DNA from: Azolla caroliniana
Lineage: Eukaryota > Plantae > Polypodiophyta
Direction: 5' to 3'
Assembly (NCBI GenBank): GCA_043228905.1
Contig: JBHGNT010000002.1
Coordinates: 2,108,001 to 2,172,000 of the forward strand
Length of the DNA: 64,000 bases
Part shown: in pieces, positions 27,750 to 42,214 of the stretch
Layout of the letters: every line of letters begins with the position of its first letter
Position numbering within the stretch: position 1 is the stretch's first letter
Notes under the pieces: model-generated
Seen by the model: the letters and a program-made list of their open reading frames with translations, nothing else
Databases searched by the model: none
What the model was told of the DNA's origin: nothing
Program-made: the position numbers and the translations under genes

Positions 27750-28185
27750 ACCAGCGTGGGGGCTGGTAGTTCCACCTCGGGCGCTTCCTCCTTGTGTCAC
27801 CATCGACATGTTCCTCCATTTATGCTAAAAACGTAAGAGGGTAGTGACCATGTTGTCGGAGTGACCACAAACCTCAATCAACTACCCTCGTCGGCAGCTG
27901 ATAATCACGAACCAAATATCCATGATCAATTCCTCCGGAGGGCATACCAGAGCTTCGAAGACTTTTAGGCAGTGTACTTTCCACACATACCAAAGGGTGA
28001 AGCTTGTGATCAACATCCAAATCTCCCGGAAATGAGGGGATGTGGTCTTCAAGCCTCTCTCAAAATGGGTCTTGACGACTCTACCTCTCGTGCATTCATA
28101 ACACCAATTGGCTATGTTGAAGGCGTCCATCTAGCTATCAACCGAGGGGTTGAGAGTGTTTCTACAGGGGGTGATAGGTTTGAAA
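27750..28185 (-). mobile_element. L1-like LINE 3'-end fragment (diverged)
   Basis: REIWMLITSFTLWYVWKVHCLKVF..PPEELIMDIW resembles 24590-24720 (DFWMLLAPITIWYIWTTRCTRVF..PLVESIKLIW). It is followed by a WNYQPPRWLF-like terminus. Confidence 0.6.
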
Positions 28186-30326
28186 TTGGTTAATAATGCC
28201 TTAGTGGTAAGGCATACTATTATTAACCCATACCTAGAAGTAGGGAAAATGTTTTATTATACATTTGAGAATTTATGTGAACCGTGCAGTTTTCAAATGT
28301 TTGGTTTTTAAGAAATACATTTTCATGACAACTCTATTTCTATAAGGGGTGATAACATCTCTAATAAGCCTACTTGAAAGAGAAAGCTTTTTTTTTGTAA
28401 AGTTACTTCATGACAAGATACATACCATAAAGCTTCTATTGGAGATTAGATCACTTCCTATTGCGATTATGGTAAAGGGAGAATGTGGAGGACAAGTTTA
28501 ATATTGAAAAAATCTCAATTCCCCAATCCCAACTAGTCACACATAGACATTGGTATTCACTATTTTACTCACAATCACACCATCTAAATTTGGTACCTAA
28601 CCCCTTATGGTTTCTTTTCAATGCTTTAGAGCTTAATAACACTACTAAAGAAACCTTTTTGGTAGTAGATACAATTTGCACGAGCTTTCATTAGTTTGTT
28701 TTATAAATTTCCATGCATCTAAATAAAAGTTCTTTGCTCAAACAAGTTCAAAATGACGAGTTCTCTATTTTGATAATAAATTTTCAAATACAAAAATCCT
28801 AGAGATAATCAATCAACAATGAAAGCTCCTTTGTAATAAAGAAATAAAATAAGGAAAGCAATAACGCTCCTTCATCGCAAGTAAAGGAAAATAAGAAAAA
28901 CGCTCTGACCACCAAGCAATAAAAGAAAATAAGACAAGTTTGAAACTCTCAACGAAAAAGAATTAAAGATAAAAACAAAGGAAGCAAGAGCTCCAAAATT
29001 CTTGAATTTGTTCCTAAGGTCATGGAGTAATAAATGGAACCTCAAACACCAATAAAAGGTGATGAGAAGGAAAGGCCACAAAGAAAATAAAAACACATTT
29101 ACCCCAAGGACATACCCCAAACAACAAGCTATAAAAACACATTAGAACATGCCATGGCCAACCCATTGATGACATGTAGCGCATTGCGAGGAAACATACA
29201 TTCATGCTTAGATTTACCATCAAGAGTGCATGGGCTTGACATAAAATTTCCCAACAAGGGGCTCTAGGCTATCATATGACTTCCCCATAAGAGAGTATGC
29301 TATCATCAACAAATGACCATTGGGACATATGACAACAAAACCAAACACCAACAAGTTTTCAAGAGCACAAGTATGCTTCACAAATAAGAATAATGCAATC
29401 ATACTATGTGACTAAGCATCCATTCAAACTTGTGATAAAATCAATAGCGATACTGACCCTCATACCCAAACATGATGACCAAGGGGATATTAGGTCCAAG
29501 GATTACTTAAATGTGCTAAATGTTGAGAGTATTGGAGAGGAGGAAGACCAAGAAGAAGAAACAACCATTTAATTAGGACACTAGTTGTTATACTTTCATT
29601 CACTTTTAGATCAATTATGCATATCTAGAGAATGAGAAGTCTCCTATTTACAATGCTTTGACATAATACCAATGAGAACACCTAGTTTCACGATGCATGT
29701 GGATTTATATGCATAAAATAGGTTTCACTCATCATGCAACACTATCACCATATATTTATATGCATAAACCAAGACTCATTTAGTGTGAACACTAGTCCCA
29801 TGACAACATATTATAAGTGGGGAACTAATGTGGGACAATGATTATAATGAGATCACATTGGCAATAATAATGTCCCTTGCTACATTAGGGAAACTTTCGG
29901 TAAGGGCCAAATCACCTTCTATAGAAGATTCAACGGTATCCTAGGGGTGGTTTGATAACCAAGGGCAAGCCATAATGGTCATAATTGAACTTAAAATAAA
30001 ACCGAAAAAAGAAGGTATCTCAACATTATTAAAGATAAGTATAGATGAATGTAAAAATTTCTATAAAACAAATTAATAGGGCGCTTTAAAGGGTAGGAAG
30101 TCCACACTATGGAGACAATGCCTTTGTCCTTGCTTTGTATTAGGATTTACTTCCTTTATACATTAGGACAACATTTTTATTTTTTGGGGTTTCTTTGCTT
30201 CCACATGAGACTGTTGATTTCTTGGATGGAATAGAACAAGGTACGATCATAATAATCTAATAGCAACTGCCTTTGGCTTTGTCACATATGCATGCAGCTC
30301 TTATTTGTTGCTGCACATTCCAAGAG

Positions 30327-33300
30327 TTACTTACTAAAAGAAAGATGGCATTGATATTGCATTTTTGGGTGTGATTCCATGGCTTTTCGCAGGGCAAGAT
30401 CTGCACTAATCCCATCTTTGTAAATGGCATCATAAAAAGTTGTGATAAATGATGCAAGCTCTCCTTCTTCCTTCTCCTGCCTTTTGACTCTTTGATCGCA
30501 ACTTTCAAAATCACCGTCTTCCCAATCAACATCTTCCCAGTCACTATCAGGGGTGCTTAAATCATCATCCTCATCGTCACCGCCGATAACAAATTGCCCT
30601 GATACCGTATCCTCGAAGGTAGTTGAGGCCATATTCATGTCACTTATAGGATTTTGATGACTTATAGGGAGCTCTACTGACGATGCTATAATAGCCTTTG
30701 CTCCAGCATCGAGAATAGCCTTTATCAGCTGTGCAGGAGGACCATACTTTCCCGTGCAGACCACAATTCTATCTCGCCACGCACCAACCTAGATAGCACG
30801 AGCAATCATATATTATACATCAAGAAATTTCGGCAAAAGCAGAAAGCATAATCAAAACATAAATATTAATGACATCATCCATTGAGGGACTTACAAAAGC
30901 ATACAATCAAAACGTCATTCCATCTTGAAATGCAACAAAGATTGATGACATTATTCATCAAGGGACTTAAGAAAGCATAAAACCAAGACATCATACCATC
31001 TTGAAAAAGTCAGGCACATTATCCCCAGAACAGTCTGACTTTCGGTCAAACATCAACCTCATGGGATATAGGAAAGGATAATATAAACATAATATCGTCT
31101 TTAAATGCAACCAATATCAATAATTGATTATGAAGGGATTTATGAAATCTTATTTCAAATATCATATTATCTTGAACAGCATCAAAATCCAATCATTATC
31201 TATGAAGGGATTGGAACCAAAGATAAACATTGCATCTTGAAAAGCAGTGAAGATCAATGTATGTTACAAATCCATCGAATATTTTTTGACAAAGGCAACA
31301 ACATCATACCATCCATCGTGCATCTTCGGCATCCAAATGTATCGATGGGAGAGTTCGTTGAAAGAGATATGCCCCAACTTCTTGATCATCAGGTAGAACC
31401 TGCATTCATGTGATCTCTACTCAGATACCAGAAAGAAAGATGATGACGAAGATGACTGTTTCTAGTTGTACAGCAAACAGGAAGCTGAAAAAAAGCCACC
31501 CCTTCAAACTACAAAGAACTGGAACAAACTTAGCATCCTAAATTTCTTTCTTTTGAAGTATATACATAGATTGATTTATTATTGTTTTTCATCACTTATT
31601 TTTCTAGGGATGAACCTGTGTTTGCCTTCCAATAAAACGATAGAAAGCCCTTCCTACAAAGAACTTTGGGAACTCTGAAACAAGAGCAGCCACAGTTGTG
31701 ATCTTTGGAAAGATTCTTTCGCGTTTTTTCCGCCGGCTATCTGGGTAAAGGCACATGTTTGCCATGACAGTGTGCAAGAATGCTTGTGCAGATGCTCCTG
31801 GCTCAGCGACGGCAAATATGTCACTCTGCCAGCTGCAATATTTTCACAAAACTTGCATGAATATTACCAAGTTTTTTAGGAGAAATGAAACTAAATAGAA
31901 ATAAAATTATGATTAAAAAAATTTGAGCAAGTAGAAACCAAGAAAAAACAATTTGTAATAAATCAAGGCATTGCATGCAAAGTACAAGGTGAGAAACTAG
32001 CAATGAATTACTCTTTAGAAACTAGTTGAGTCCAAGGGAATAATAAAATCAAAGAAAATTTGCAATAAATTATAACAATCAATAATTAATATAGATATGA
32101 TCAATCAAATTAGGAGGTCAAAACATGCACTGAATTTTTTTTCATCAAGTCATATCCGATTGTGTTGATTAGAATATTTATGGATGAATTTTCACTCTTT
32201 GGTGAAGGAGAGACACCCAGAAAATCTCCGGAAATGTCTGGGTGGACCAGCTATCATATTTTCTAATCAAAATGCAAGAGTATTGAGATTTCAAGTTTTG
32301 ATTATCGGAAGTAGAAAGAATAGCAACCTTGCATAGAATAACAAACTTGCACACATAATATCACTTACTAAAACCAGAAAAGTGAGATTACTCAATACTA
32401 ACGTGAGGATCAGCCCAGCAGAATCGCTTTGAAGGGCCAAGTGAACGATACCCACTTGAGGAGACCGCTGAAGCTTCTCATTGAGATATGATACTGGTAT
32501 AGATAGTTTCCGTGGACCAAGAGGAGACCCTTGTGGAGAGTGTGCAATAGTGCCAGAAAGAATTTGATTATGCACACTACCATCTAGACTAAGCGGAGGG
32601 ATAACCTCAAGGTGGTGTAATGCCAGTTCTGGACTATGCATAAGTGGGCTTCCTGGAAAAATCCCAGAAAACAATGGCGATGCAAACGGAGTACTGATTT
32701 TAGCAGCCGTGTTTGAGGTGGTGCCTTGAGGGGTGCTAAACTTTTCCATTTTGATTCGATGTTGCAAACAGAAAGACTCCAACTTGCAAGTGTGTCCGGA
32801 TAACTTCAGGGGCTCTACATTACCTGATGCTTCAACTAGGAATACTCTTCTTCTCCACCCTAATCGAGGTCCACCGTCATCATCCATGCTTTTCCCTGAA
32901 GAAAATAAAATCGAAGGTGTTTAGCATCATTTCTGGTAAACAACATAAAAACATATTAATTAATTAAACCTGTTGATGGCTAGAGTCTAGGGTTAACAAA
33001 GGCCAATATATACATCCCAAAGTCAGCCCCAACAATGTCTATTTCATACCTTGGATTGAATGTGCATAATAAAGATACCAAGCAGAACACTACCAGTCAT
33101 ATGGGGGTGATTCAAGCGTAAGTAGAATAAATAAGAAAAACATGCACAATGGTAGCTAGCCATTTAAATATGCACATATGTTGAGACCATTGTCATGCAA
33201 ACTGTGAGTGTACGATAACCTGTATGCTCCTAGTAAAAAGGAGAGGCGTGCTGTACTCAGTTGTAGGAGACAATATTGAACACGGAGAGCGAAGTGCAAT

Positions 33301-36300
33301 ACCTTTATCATGAAGTTTGAATTTCCCTACTGGTCTCAATTTTTCTGCCCATTGATCTTCCTCAGGCAAAGGAGGAACTACACAATCACACGCGGATTGA
33401 AATGCAGCTGTATTTGAATCAATGTACTCTTTCGTTGCAGCCTCAAGCTTTAGCCAAACAGCTGGATCTGTCTCATCAAGCTCCATATCGCACCTGTCAT
33501 CAACTGAGGCAAAAAATATGATTGTCAACTGCATATGGGAAGCAGTGGGGCAGCAAATGTCTGTCAATTAGATATCATGCAATAAATCACCTGGATTGAA
33601 ACGGAAGTATTGTATATCAGGTAGCATAGGAAGCAATGTATCCACAGCCTCTTCAACACGTTCTACTGAGCAAGCACTTTCTATCAAAACTTGACCAGTA
33701 TCCAAGTAGCGCCAACCTCCTTTCCCCCGAGGCTGTAAAAACATACTTGATGTTTGACAGCATCTTCATTGCATGAACATTCAATTCAAATTCATAAAGG
33801 AAACCAATTTTAACAATCATACCTTCGTTGGAAGGTTACCACATCCTAGTGAAATAAGGCAGCCAATTTTAATGTCTGGCCATAAAAGTTGTGCTTCTCG
33901 TATTGCGATTATTGTTGGATTATTGGCAACAATTGCTCCATCTTGCCAACGGTTTGTATCTTTTGGAAATAAAAAAGAATAAGCAAAACTTGCCAACAGT
34001 TTGTATCTATTGTATCTATTAGATGCTCATGATCTCCTATATGTAGCTCACCATATGAAAAATCATCAAGATAGTATGGTGCTGCTGAAGATGCTCGTAT
34101 AGCCTCCCATATGCGATGCTTGCAGCTTCCGATAAATGCACTTCTCTTATTAGCACCAGTTTGTGTTGATAAAGGAGTTGCCGTGGCTGCTGTTCCTGAA
34201 GCTGAAGCAGCAGGGCCATCTACTGCCCAAGGTATGATTTCAGGTGTTCCTGCAGGATACTGTTGAACCAGGCTAATATTAATTAACTTAGAACACCATG
34301 ATGTACCTCAGAGATATACATGAAAAATTCAAATCTACTAAAAACTATGAGATAACCCTTCAACTGCCCCCTAGCAATCTACGAAAAAGTGCGAAAAGGG
34401 ACAAGTTGACCATATAATTACTCAAATATCACATATAACTTGAGAGGGGGTTGATTAAGGACATTTTAGTGAAATAATAAAATCTTCGGGGCATTTGGAG
34501 AAATCAAGAAAATGTATCCATAGCATACCTGATAATTTCGAAACACGAATGGTTGTGCCGGCATGACACTCACAAGTGTAGACACTGCAAAAACCTTTGG
34601 AGTACCTCTAACAGCAGATTCTATTAGCAGGTCGCCTTCCTCATCGGCACATATCTCCTTCAAAAGACGCTCAAACTCGTCTGCATTATGCTACAGCACC
34701 AGGAGCCCAAAAATAAGATAATTGTATTTAAAAAGGAAAAACCGGTACTCATCGATTCTTAACAAAGGAAAATTGAATGCTCTTGGTCAGCTCTGACAAT
34801 AATGTTCATATATGACAGAAAGATACTTCTCATACAGTCTGAAAGAGATGGAGATGACTCATGAGGTGCCTTTATGATCATTATACTGGTTATTCATTGA
34901 CAATCAAATAAAAAAGGAACCAGGCTCCACACAAACTAAAAGTGCAAGCTCATAAAGAGAACTGACAACTCAAAAGAGAAACAAGAAAATGAGAACAATC
35001 CATGGATCCTCAGCTCCAGCTAATCTCAGCTTGACAATCAGTCAAGAGGAGCCTCCATAAAAGTAACAGACTAGAGATCAAGATCTCATACGGGAGAGAA
35101 GGCCAGCTATTTTGTAGTGGAAACGATCACTCTTGCACTTAGAGGAGGCTCCGTAAAAGTGACAGAGACTTTATGGGGGAGAAGACCAGCCATTTTGAAT
35201 GGAAATGATCATTCTTGCACTACTCCCACCATCACTGCCTTCCACAACTGTGACCTAATACAGACATATTAACTACAGAGGAAAAGTGGAGAGATTCCAC
35301 TATTAACTACAAATATTGGAAGCAGTTTCTATGGTTTTCTAACCAAACCCTTATTATTACAAGGTTAGATAAAGCAAAAATACCTTGGATCCATGGACAA
35401 CGACTCTAAAACTTTGCGAAGAACTTTTATATAGCTGATCCAATTTCTCCCTCCAAGTTGCTGCTTCATTGTCTTTAGGAGTAGCTTCAGCAAAAACCAA
35501 CTTCCCTGCCATAAAAAAGTCAAGTATACATAAATCAAACTATCACTCATGTAATATGCAGACGTATGTTTTTCAAAGTTGCACCACACAATCTTTTACT
35601 TATATGCCTCAGGGATAATTGCTTCCATAATTTTAACAATTGTCCTATTTTATAAAGTAGGTTACTACCCATCCCATCCTGTGTATGGATTTTCCACCAA
35701 CCTCTCAAGGAAAGAAGACCATATTATTACGATGCGCAGTTGCAGTGACACTTCAGAAGATCTATTTCCCAAATGATTAACAGTGGTTGCAAGACAGTTT
35801 TTGTTTTATGAAACAGTCATAGGAGGCATCCCACAAAGTTTGGCTTATAAACCATTATGTGATAAATACTGTAGACCCTCCCAAACCCACTAGTTGAAGG
35901 GTTTCAAATTTAGGATTTCCGAACACCTCCACAAAGATGATGAGCTCTCCATCATTATCAACATCACAGCTATTACATGAAAAAGGTATTGCTCTCCTAC
36001 TGTCATAGAGACACTTCCATGACTGTCAACAGGCTGATGATAGCGTGTGGGGGTCTGTCCCAGCATGCCTGGAAAGTGATGCCAAACTGTAGCAGTACAC
36101 AAGCTCAGTAGTACATTGTTGCCTGTATTATAGATCTCACTCCTTGTGAAATGAACTCTTTAATAGACATAAGAGAGCTTCAGTAAAATGTTTCTTCAGC
36201 TAGCTTAAATCTCTATTATTATTTTAGAACAGACAATATGTTGCTAAACTCTCCTCATAACATGGAAGTCTGCAGACGTTGTCTCGAGACATTAATAATC

Positions 36301-39300
36301 TTGGGTGTGTGAGATGAGATTTTTGAGTTAAGGCCCCTCTTTTCCCTATCTAGATTATCGGTTGAAAATGGAGTTGCATTAAAATTTTGGTTTCTTCTTT
36401 ATTTTCACATTTGCACATTTCCAAAAGAACACTATGTGTCCACAACAGATCTTTAGATAAGGCGCGAAATATAATAACTGGAACTAGTTTCCAAAAGCTC
36501 AGTTTTTCCATCATACAAATTCGTTTCAACTCATATTTTCTATGTTGATGCAAAGAGTTCCTCATATTTCAAGCCTGTTGGAAATTTCGCGGCAGATAGG
36601 TGATATAATAAATAATTGAAACGGGACCAAACAGGGGATGGATATAAATAGTAGACTATGAGGACCATTGGTTCATGTAGATACATGGAGTAATATACAC
36701 TATGGGGACCTATCTACAGCACAGTTGCAGTGCATCCCATCATACCAACAGAATGGAACTAGACAACCTATAGTAGATTGTGGCATTTGAGCTCCAGCTG
36801 CATATGTTTTCTATATAGACCTCCATTTATTGCTAATTTCCTTGTTCCAACAGGCACCTGAAGTGGGTTAATAGTACTCATTAGAAATGCATTTAACATA
36901 GTTCAATACAAAGTTGCATTCATTTATATAAGCATGTGATATTAAATCTAAAAGTGATAATAGTGCAAAAAATGAAGGATATACCTAAAGACTTGTAAAC
37001 CTCTTCACATTCATCCAAAGTCATTCCTTTTATGCCTAATGCTACAGCAAGCATTCCACCAGTGGAAGTGCCACAGATAAGGTCAAACATCTCATGGATC
37101 CGTTTTCCTGTTCCTTTCTCTAATCTTCGCAGCATTTGGACTGTTGCAAGACCTCTCATACCTCCCCCATCCATCGATAATATAGAGAGCCCCTGTTTTC
37201 CAACATGCCTACCACGAACTGCACGACGCAAATACTCGTTTTCACCTGATATTAGAACAATTAGAAAAAAATGACCAGGATCAAGCAACATGGCATTATA
37301 AATTCGGAGTGTACGGTCTCTATTTGACATTTACCAAGGATTGCTAGGGCCCGCATTGCTGCTTTTGCAACAGAAGGATTTGATGCAGCTGAAAGATGAA
37401 GCAGCATTTCACGTAAGCTCCCTGATGCAGCAAGATTGATCCTGTTTTCTCGACAGAATGCCAAATTCCCAATTGCAAGTAGTGCATACCGTTGAATCTG
37501 TCTTCATACAAAGGAACTTTAATCAATTAGGAAAAAGCTTTACTAAAGGTATGTATTTGCACAAACGAGAGCAACTTTACTCCACCTCAGGTTTTTTGTG
37601 AGTGCAGAGCATCTTCAGATGTTTCAATAGATCTTTTGTAAACATTTTAGAAGCAACTGCATCTGATGCAAATGCAAGATTCACAACAACCTGAAGCACT
37701 GATATGAGGGGATCTCCAGCCGATGCCTTTAGTACTGCCTCAATGGGTTGCATGATATCGGCTTTTATTAATATCAAAGCCAATGAAGGATCAGAAGCCA
37801 GTGCTGACAAGGCCATACATGCTTGCACAACCTGCATAAGAAACTCTGGATATAAAGATGCAGATTTTTGTACTGTATTCCTTTATTTGACATGTGAACT
37901 CATTTCTCTGTGTTATCATAAATGATCAATCCGACATTTAAAAAATGAAAGGTGCTGTCTAGAATTTTTCAGCAATATATCCTTTTACAAAAAAAGAAAA
38001 GAAAATGTCTAAAGAATGTGCAATGTCAACATCTCAAGGGCTTCTTGATGGCGGTTCATCAGGGCCTAGCCAATGATAACTACATTCTTTTGTTCAGGAA
38101 AGCAAATTGTTCTGAAAATAAATACTGTAAAATTGCAAATTTTGCAAATTAAGATGTTTTTGGTTTATGAGGTATGTAACCGACATGGCAAGGAACATTA
38201 ACTTAAATCAGGAAAGTTGTGAATTAAGAAGACAACAGCTTTGCCTCTAATTATAGGAAATGGAATTGAACATTGCAAATATCTATATTTAAGAAAGCTC
38301 TAAGAGATTAATAGTACTAAAATAAATATCAGAAAAACAAAGAATATTAGAAACCACAGCATAACATATAGTAATTTCGCATAGAAAATCTCCAGGAATT
38401 TATAAGCAAGTTCTGGAAAAATATAGCATACCACGTGACGGTTGTCGCTCAGCATCATATTCAGTAGTTGTCGTAATGCACTTTGATCTTTTCCAATTGC
38501 CAAGCGGTTTCCTTCATCCTCAGCTACCTTAGCAAGTGCGGAAGCTAATAGTGGATGTTGGCATGAAGAAAAACGAAAAACCAGAGCAAAGAATGCACTG
38601 AGCTTGTGCTTGGCAGCAACAAAATATGACACACTTTCCATCTGTAAAGAGCACAAATTAAGCATAGGTTAGATAATTCTCATATGCTACTAAAGATGTC
38701 TGATTTATACAAACATAACACATAATACTGAGGGTAGATATATTAGGCTTCATTCACATGCTTTACACAAGTAAAAAATTGTAAACTCAAACGATCTCTT
38801 GCTATAAGTCCAGGAAGAAGGCACCATCATAATAGAACAGAGATAACCTTAATCAATCGGTTTGCAAATATGAAAAGCATGGACAATAGAATATGCTCAA
38901 ACCTTTATTGTGGTAGAAATTTAACCCAGGATTCACAAAAGAATGTCTTCAGATTAGGTCTAATGGAACAGAACAATAGAGCTCTTGTGAAAGACTAAGT
39001 AAACACCTTGTTTGGTCACTTACAACATTTCAGCCAAAAGTAAATATTTATTGTTAAACCCTGGAATATGGAAGATAATTCAGCTCCTACCGAACCCTTC
39101 TGTAGGTAATAATATTGCTTCATCAGATTGTCTATGCACTCGGTTTCCCCATCCCACCAAAATATCAGGCAGGCATTATTTCAAATAGCATAATTATTAA
39201 CACTATAAGTTATCTTTCTATCCATTTCTATGAATGGATTTGTTCTTCAGCTTGTCGCACCTCTATATGAACGTTGACAGTGGATAATTCATCATTGCCT

Positions 39301-42214
39301 TCAATCCGCACATTGGCTAGGGATAAATGTCTCAAGTTTGCACAAGGAAGTATTTCAGGTAGGAACTCCAATGGGTTAGCAAAGAGTCTAAGTTTACGTA
39401 GCCTAGACATAGCTCTGCAAAACAAATAAAGCAAGGGAATTTTGAGAGCTTTCATCTGTCATTGAGAATAAATACTTTATAGAGAAGAATTCCTTCTGTG
39501 GCTCACCTGAAATCAAGAAGAGGTCGTACTAGCTTATTATGTTCAAGGGAAAGCTCCACCAATGCTGAACACTGCTTCAATTCAGCTGCCATTGATATTG
39601 AATCCAAAATCAATCAACTGTACATGTACAAGGAGAACATAAAAAATCACACATTTTCCACCTCTATTCAAGTAGATAGAATCCCCGTGCAATGATTTAC
39701 AGAATTAAAAACCAGAATTAAAAACCTATTAAGCAAAGAGAGCACTACCTATGAGTGTCCTGATACCTTCTTATGCATGTGTCATTGTACAATAAGATCC
39801 GCATGTGTTCTCTTTCTTTGAATGTTGCTACCCAAAGATATTGCTAATGTTTCGCCACTTCTCTTGTGAATAGTTCTTTGGTGGGCTTTCAGACCACAAT
39901 GTTATTTCTCATTACAAGTGTAATTGTACTCACTTTTTTTACATGTGCATGTATATGCATACATACATATATTTATTAAAATTCCTACATATATAATGCA
40001 TACTCTATTTATTATTAATGATCTTGTTATATATCCTTGCCGACTAATTATTATAAGGTATTCAAGTCTCTTGTATGCACAAGAGTATCTTTGTTTTCTT
40101 TTTCATTCCATTGTGATTAATATTATTGGCAGATGCGGATATTGATGCCAAAAGAAGAGTAAATCATATCACAAACATCAAAATGTGTTTGCTTTCAGTC
40201 AAACTTTCAAAAGGTGTTTCTATAAAGGATTACCAGGCACAGAAACAAGCAAGTTGTGGTCCAACGAAAGGACTTGAAGATGCTCCAATTGACCAAATTC
40301 TGCAGGTAAGGCAGAGATCTTATTATTATCAAGGAATATCTTCTCCAACATTGGAACTCGTGAAACGTCTATTGGCAAAGCCTGTAAAAGAGCTACATAA
40401 TTTCAGGATACAGGAAGTTGTACTCCTCTTGTCTACTACATAACGGTGTTTGCAAAAAAAAAATGAACTTTAACAAAAATTTCACAGCACCAATCTAGAC
40501 GTATGCTTCTCATAAGAATACATTAGAAAACGGACATATTTTATATTACGTTCTTCAGCTTTTTCGAAAATATATTAGTTTGGGTTTGTATTAATGTCTA
40601 CTTTGAGAAGAAAATTTATATTATGAGATAGCCGAATGGGTTGAGTTGAAAAATCTACAATAATTTTCATGATATCTTGTAAAAGGGTTTTGTTCTTTTG
40701 AAATGCTAGCCAAAGCCATGTGTAAGGAGGTTTTCCATTGGTTTGAAAAGCACTCGAGCATTGCTCCTAATTGAGTAGGAGTAACCAACTGTATTTTTTT
40801 TAAACCAAATATTAGAAGGTTTTTGACACACGTTCGTTCAAAAAGTAGTCCTTATTCAGAAGCATAAAACATACTGACTGTCCAAATTGCAATCAACACC
40901 ATTTGTTTGAAAAATGGCTTTTGTCAAGCATTGATTCTCTGTACATGATAGCATAAAACTGAATGGATTATCCAAATCCCTACCACTGGAAGGTTTTCAA
41001 TTGTTTTAAAAATAATAAAAAATCCATTATTGCAAGTCATTATGCATTTTTTTATAGCAAGGAATAAACATGAATAGGGTGAGTTCCAAAAATAGTACTT
41101 TTTTGTGATCTCTGAATCCTTACATTTAAACTGTTTACAACAAAAGATAGTATGGATAACGATCTTTATGTTATCTTGTAAAATTGACTAGCTTTTTGAG
41201 ATCATGACATAAGCCATACACAGGTTTTTGCCATTGGATCAAAAAAATAGTCAATTGCTATCTTTCACATAGAGGATATTAAACATGAGGTATAGGATGA
41301 TGGAAAGACAAGATCAAGCTTACCGTGAGAGAGCAACCTGACAAATCAAGAATGGTGAGAGATCGCCAATGCTGTGCATAGCCAAGGAGTTCTTCGGCAT
41401 AATTAACATGCATAGACGAACCCCCACCCCCCATGAGTCGAGAAAGCACTCCCCAACCATCTCCTTGTGGGCTCGAACCACCCAACGTTCGTGTTGCCGA
41501 TATGGCCTTAAGAGACTCTCTCTTCTTGCAAATACTAAGTTGGACACGAACCATATCTTCACCATTGCTGCTGGTGCAAGTGTCCGTAACAATGGTGCCA
41601 GTACCAGAATCTACGGTACCAGAGCAAGTGTCAGTGCCAGTGCATAAGTGAACTCGAACCTCGTCATGTGGAGCCGGGAGTGTGACAGCAAGTTGTGATT
41701 GGAGCTTTAGGGCGACTTGCTCTTCGTCATCGGCCGAGGTCCAGTCGAGCTGGATTCGGAACTTGCAAAGTGAGGTTGGATCGAATGATGGTGATGACGT
41801 TGTTATCGATGACAATGATGATGATGATGATGATGATGTTGTTGTTGTTGTTGTTGTTGATACTGATGATGAAGATGATGTTTTTGATGTTGATGATGTC
41901 GATGAGGATGTCGATGATGATGATGATGATGATGATGATGATAATGATAATGATTTCGTTATCAATGATGTTGCCGATGATGAAGTTGAAGATGATACTG
42001 ATGTTGATGACAATGCTGATATTGATGCTGTCGACAACGATGATGGAAAGCTCGGATCATTAGGGTTTATCGGCAAACCATTGCGGTACAGCAAAGTGGG
42101 AAGAGGGGTTTCTGAGGGTGCAGAGGGTGTAGATGGATCGCGCTCTCCATAGCCGAGCACGACTCGGAACAGATCTGACTGTCTTTTCCAGCTTCCAAGA
42201 CCCCAGGAGGACAT
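30327..42214 (-). CDS. PLA1: Phospholipase A I (patatin-like lipase with LRR and ARM repeats; AtPLAI-like)
   Basis: 18 GT-AG exons: 41324-42214, 40234-40381, 39507-39585, 39261-39414, 38432-38641, 37586-37831, 37335-37497, 36985-37245, 35384-35505, 34529-34690, 34052-34259, 33823-33959, 33591-33732, 33303-33503, 32403-32895, 31616-31832, 31310-31399, 30327-30788. Start MSSWGLGSWKRQSDLF. LRRs (LSLEHNKLVRPLLDFR, LFANPLEFLPEI), ARM region (FRFSSCQHPLLASALAK), patatin motifs DGGGMRG, GTSTGG and WQDGAI, and YFRFNPVDDRCDMELDETDP. Confidence 0.93.
30866..31245. repeat. Degenerate short tandem repeats in the last PLA1 intron
   Basis: Recurring atgacat..catc..agggactta..aaagcata, catcttgaaa and tatgaagggatt motifs. 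Confidence 0.5.
35045..35222. repeat. Intronic tandem duplication (~95-bp period)
   Basis: agaggag(c/g)ctcc(a/g)taaaagt(a/g)acaga...gagaag(g/a)ccagc..tttg..tggaaa(c/t)gatca(c/t)tcttgcactta occurs twice. Confidence 0.7.
41783..42050. repeat. (GAT)n/(GTT)n trinucleotide tract encoding a Ser/Thr-rich stretch in PLA1 exon 1
   Basis: Reads SSSSSSSSSSSTSSSTSSTSKTSSSSSVSTTTTTTTSSSSSSS in the PLA1 frame. Confidence 0.88.

Noticed and set aside
41682-42152. Plus-strand poly-Asp/Val ORF (156 aa) and poly-Met ORF (41695-42063)
   Set aside because: They are antisense readings of the (GAT)n tract in PLA1 exon 1, and the minus frame carries the conserved protein.
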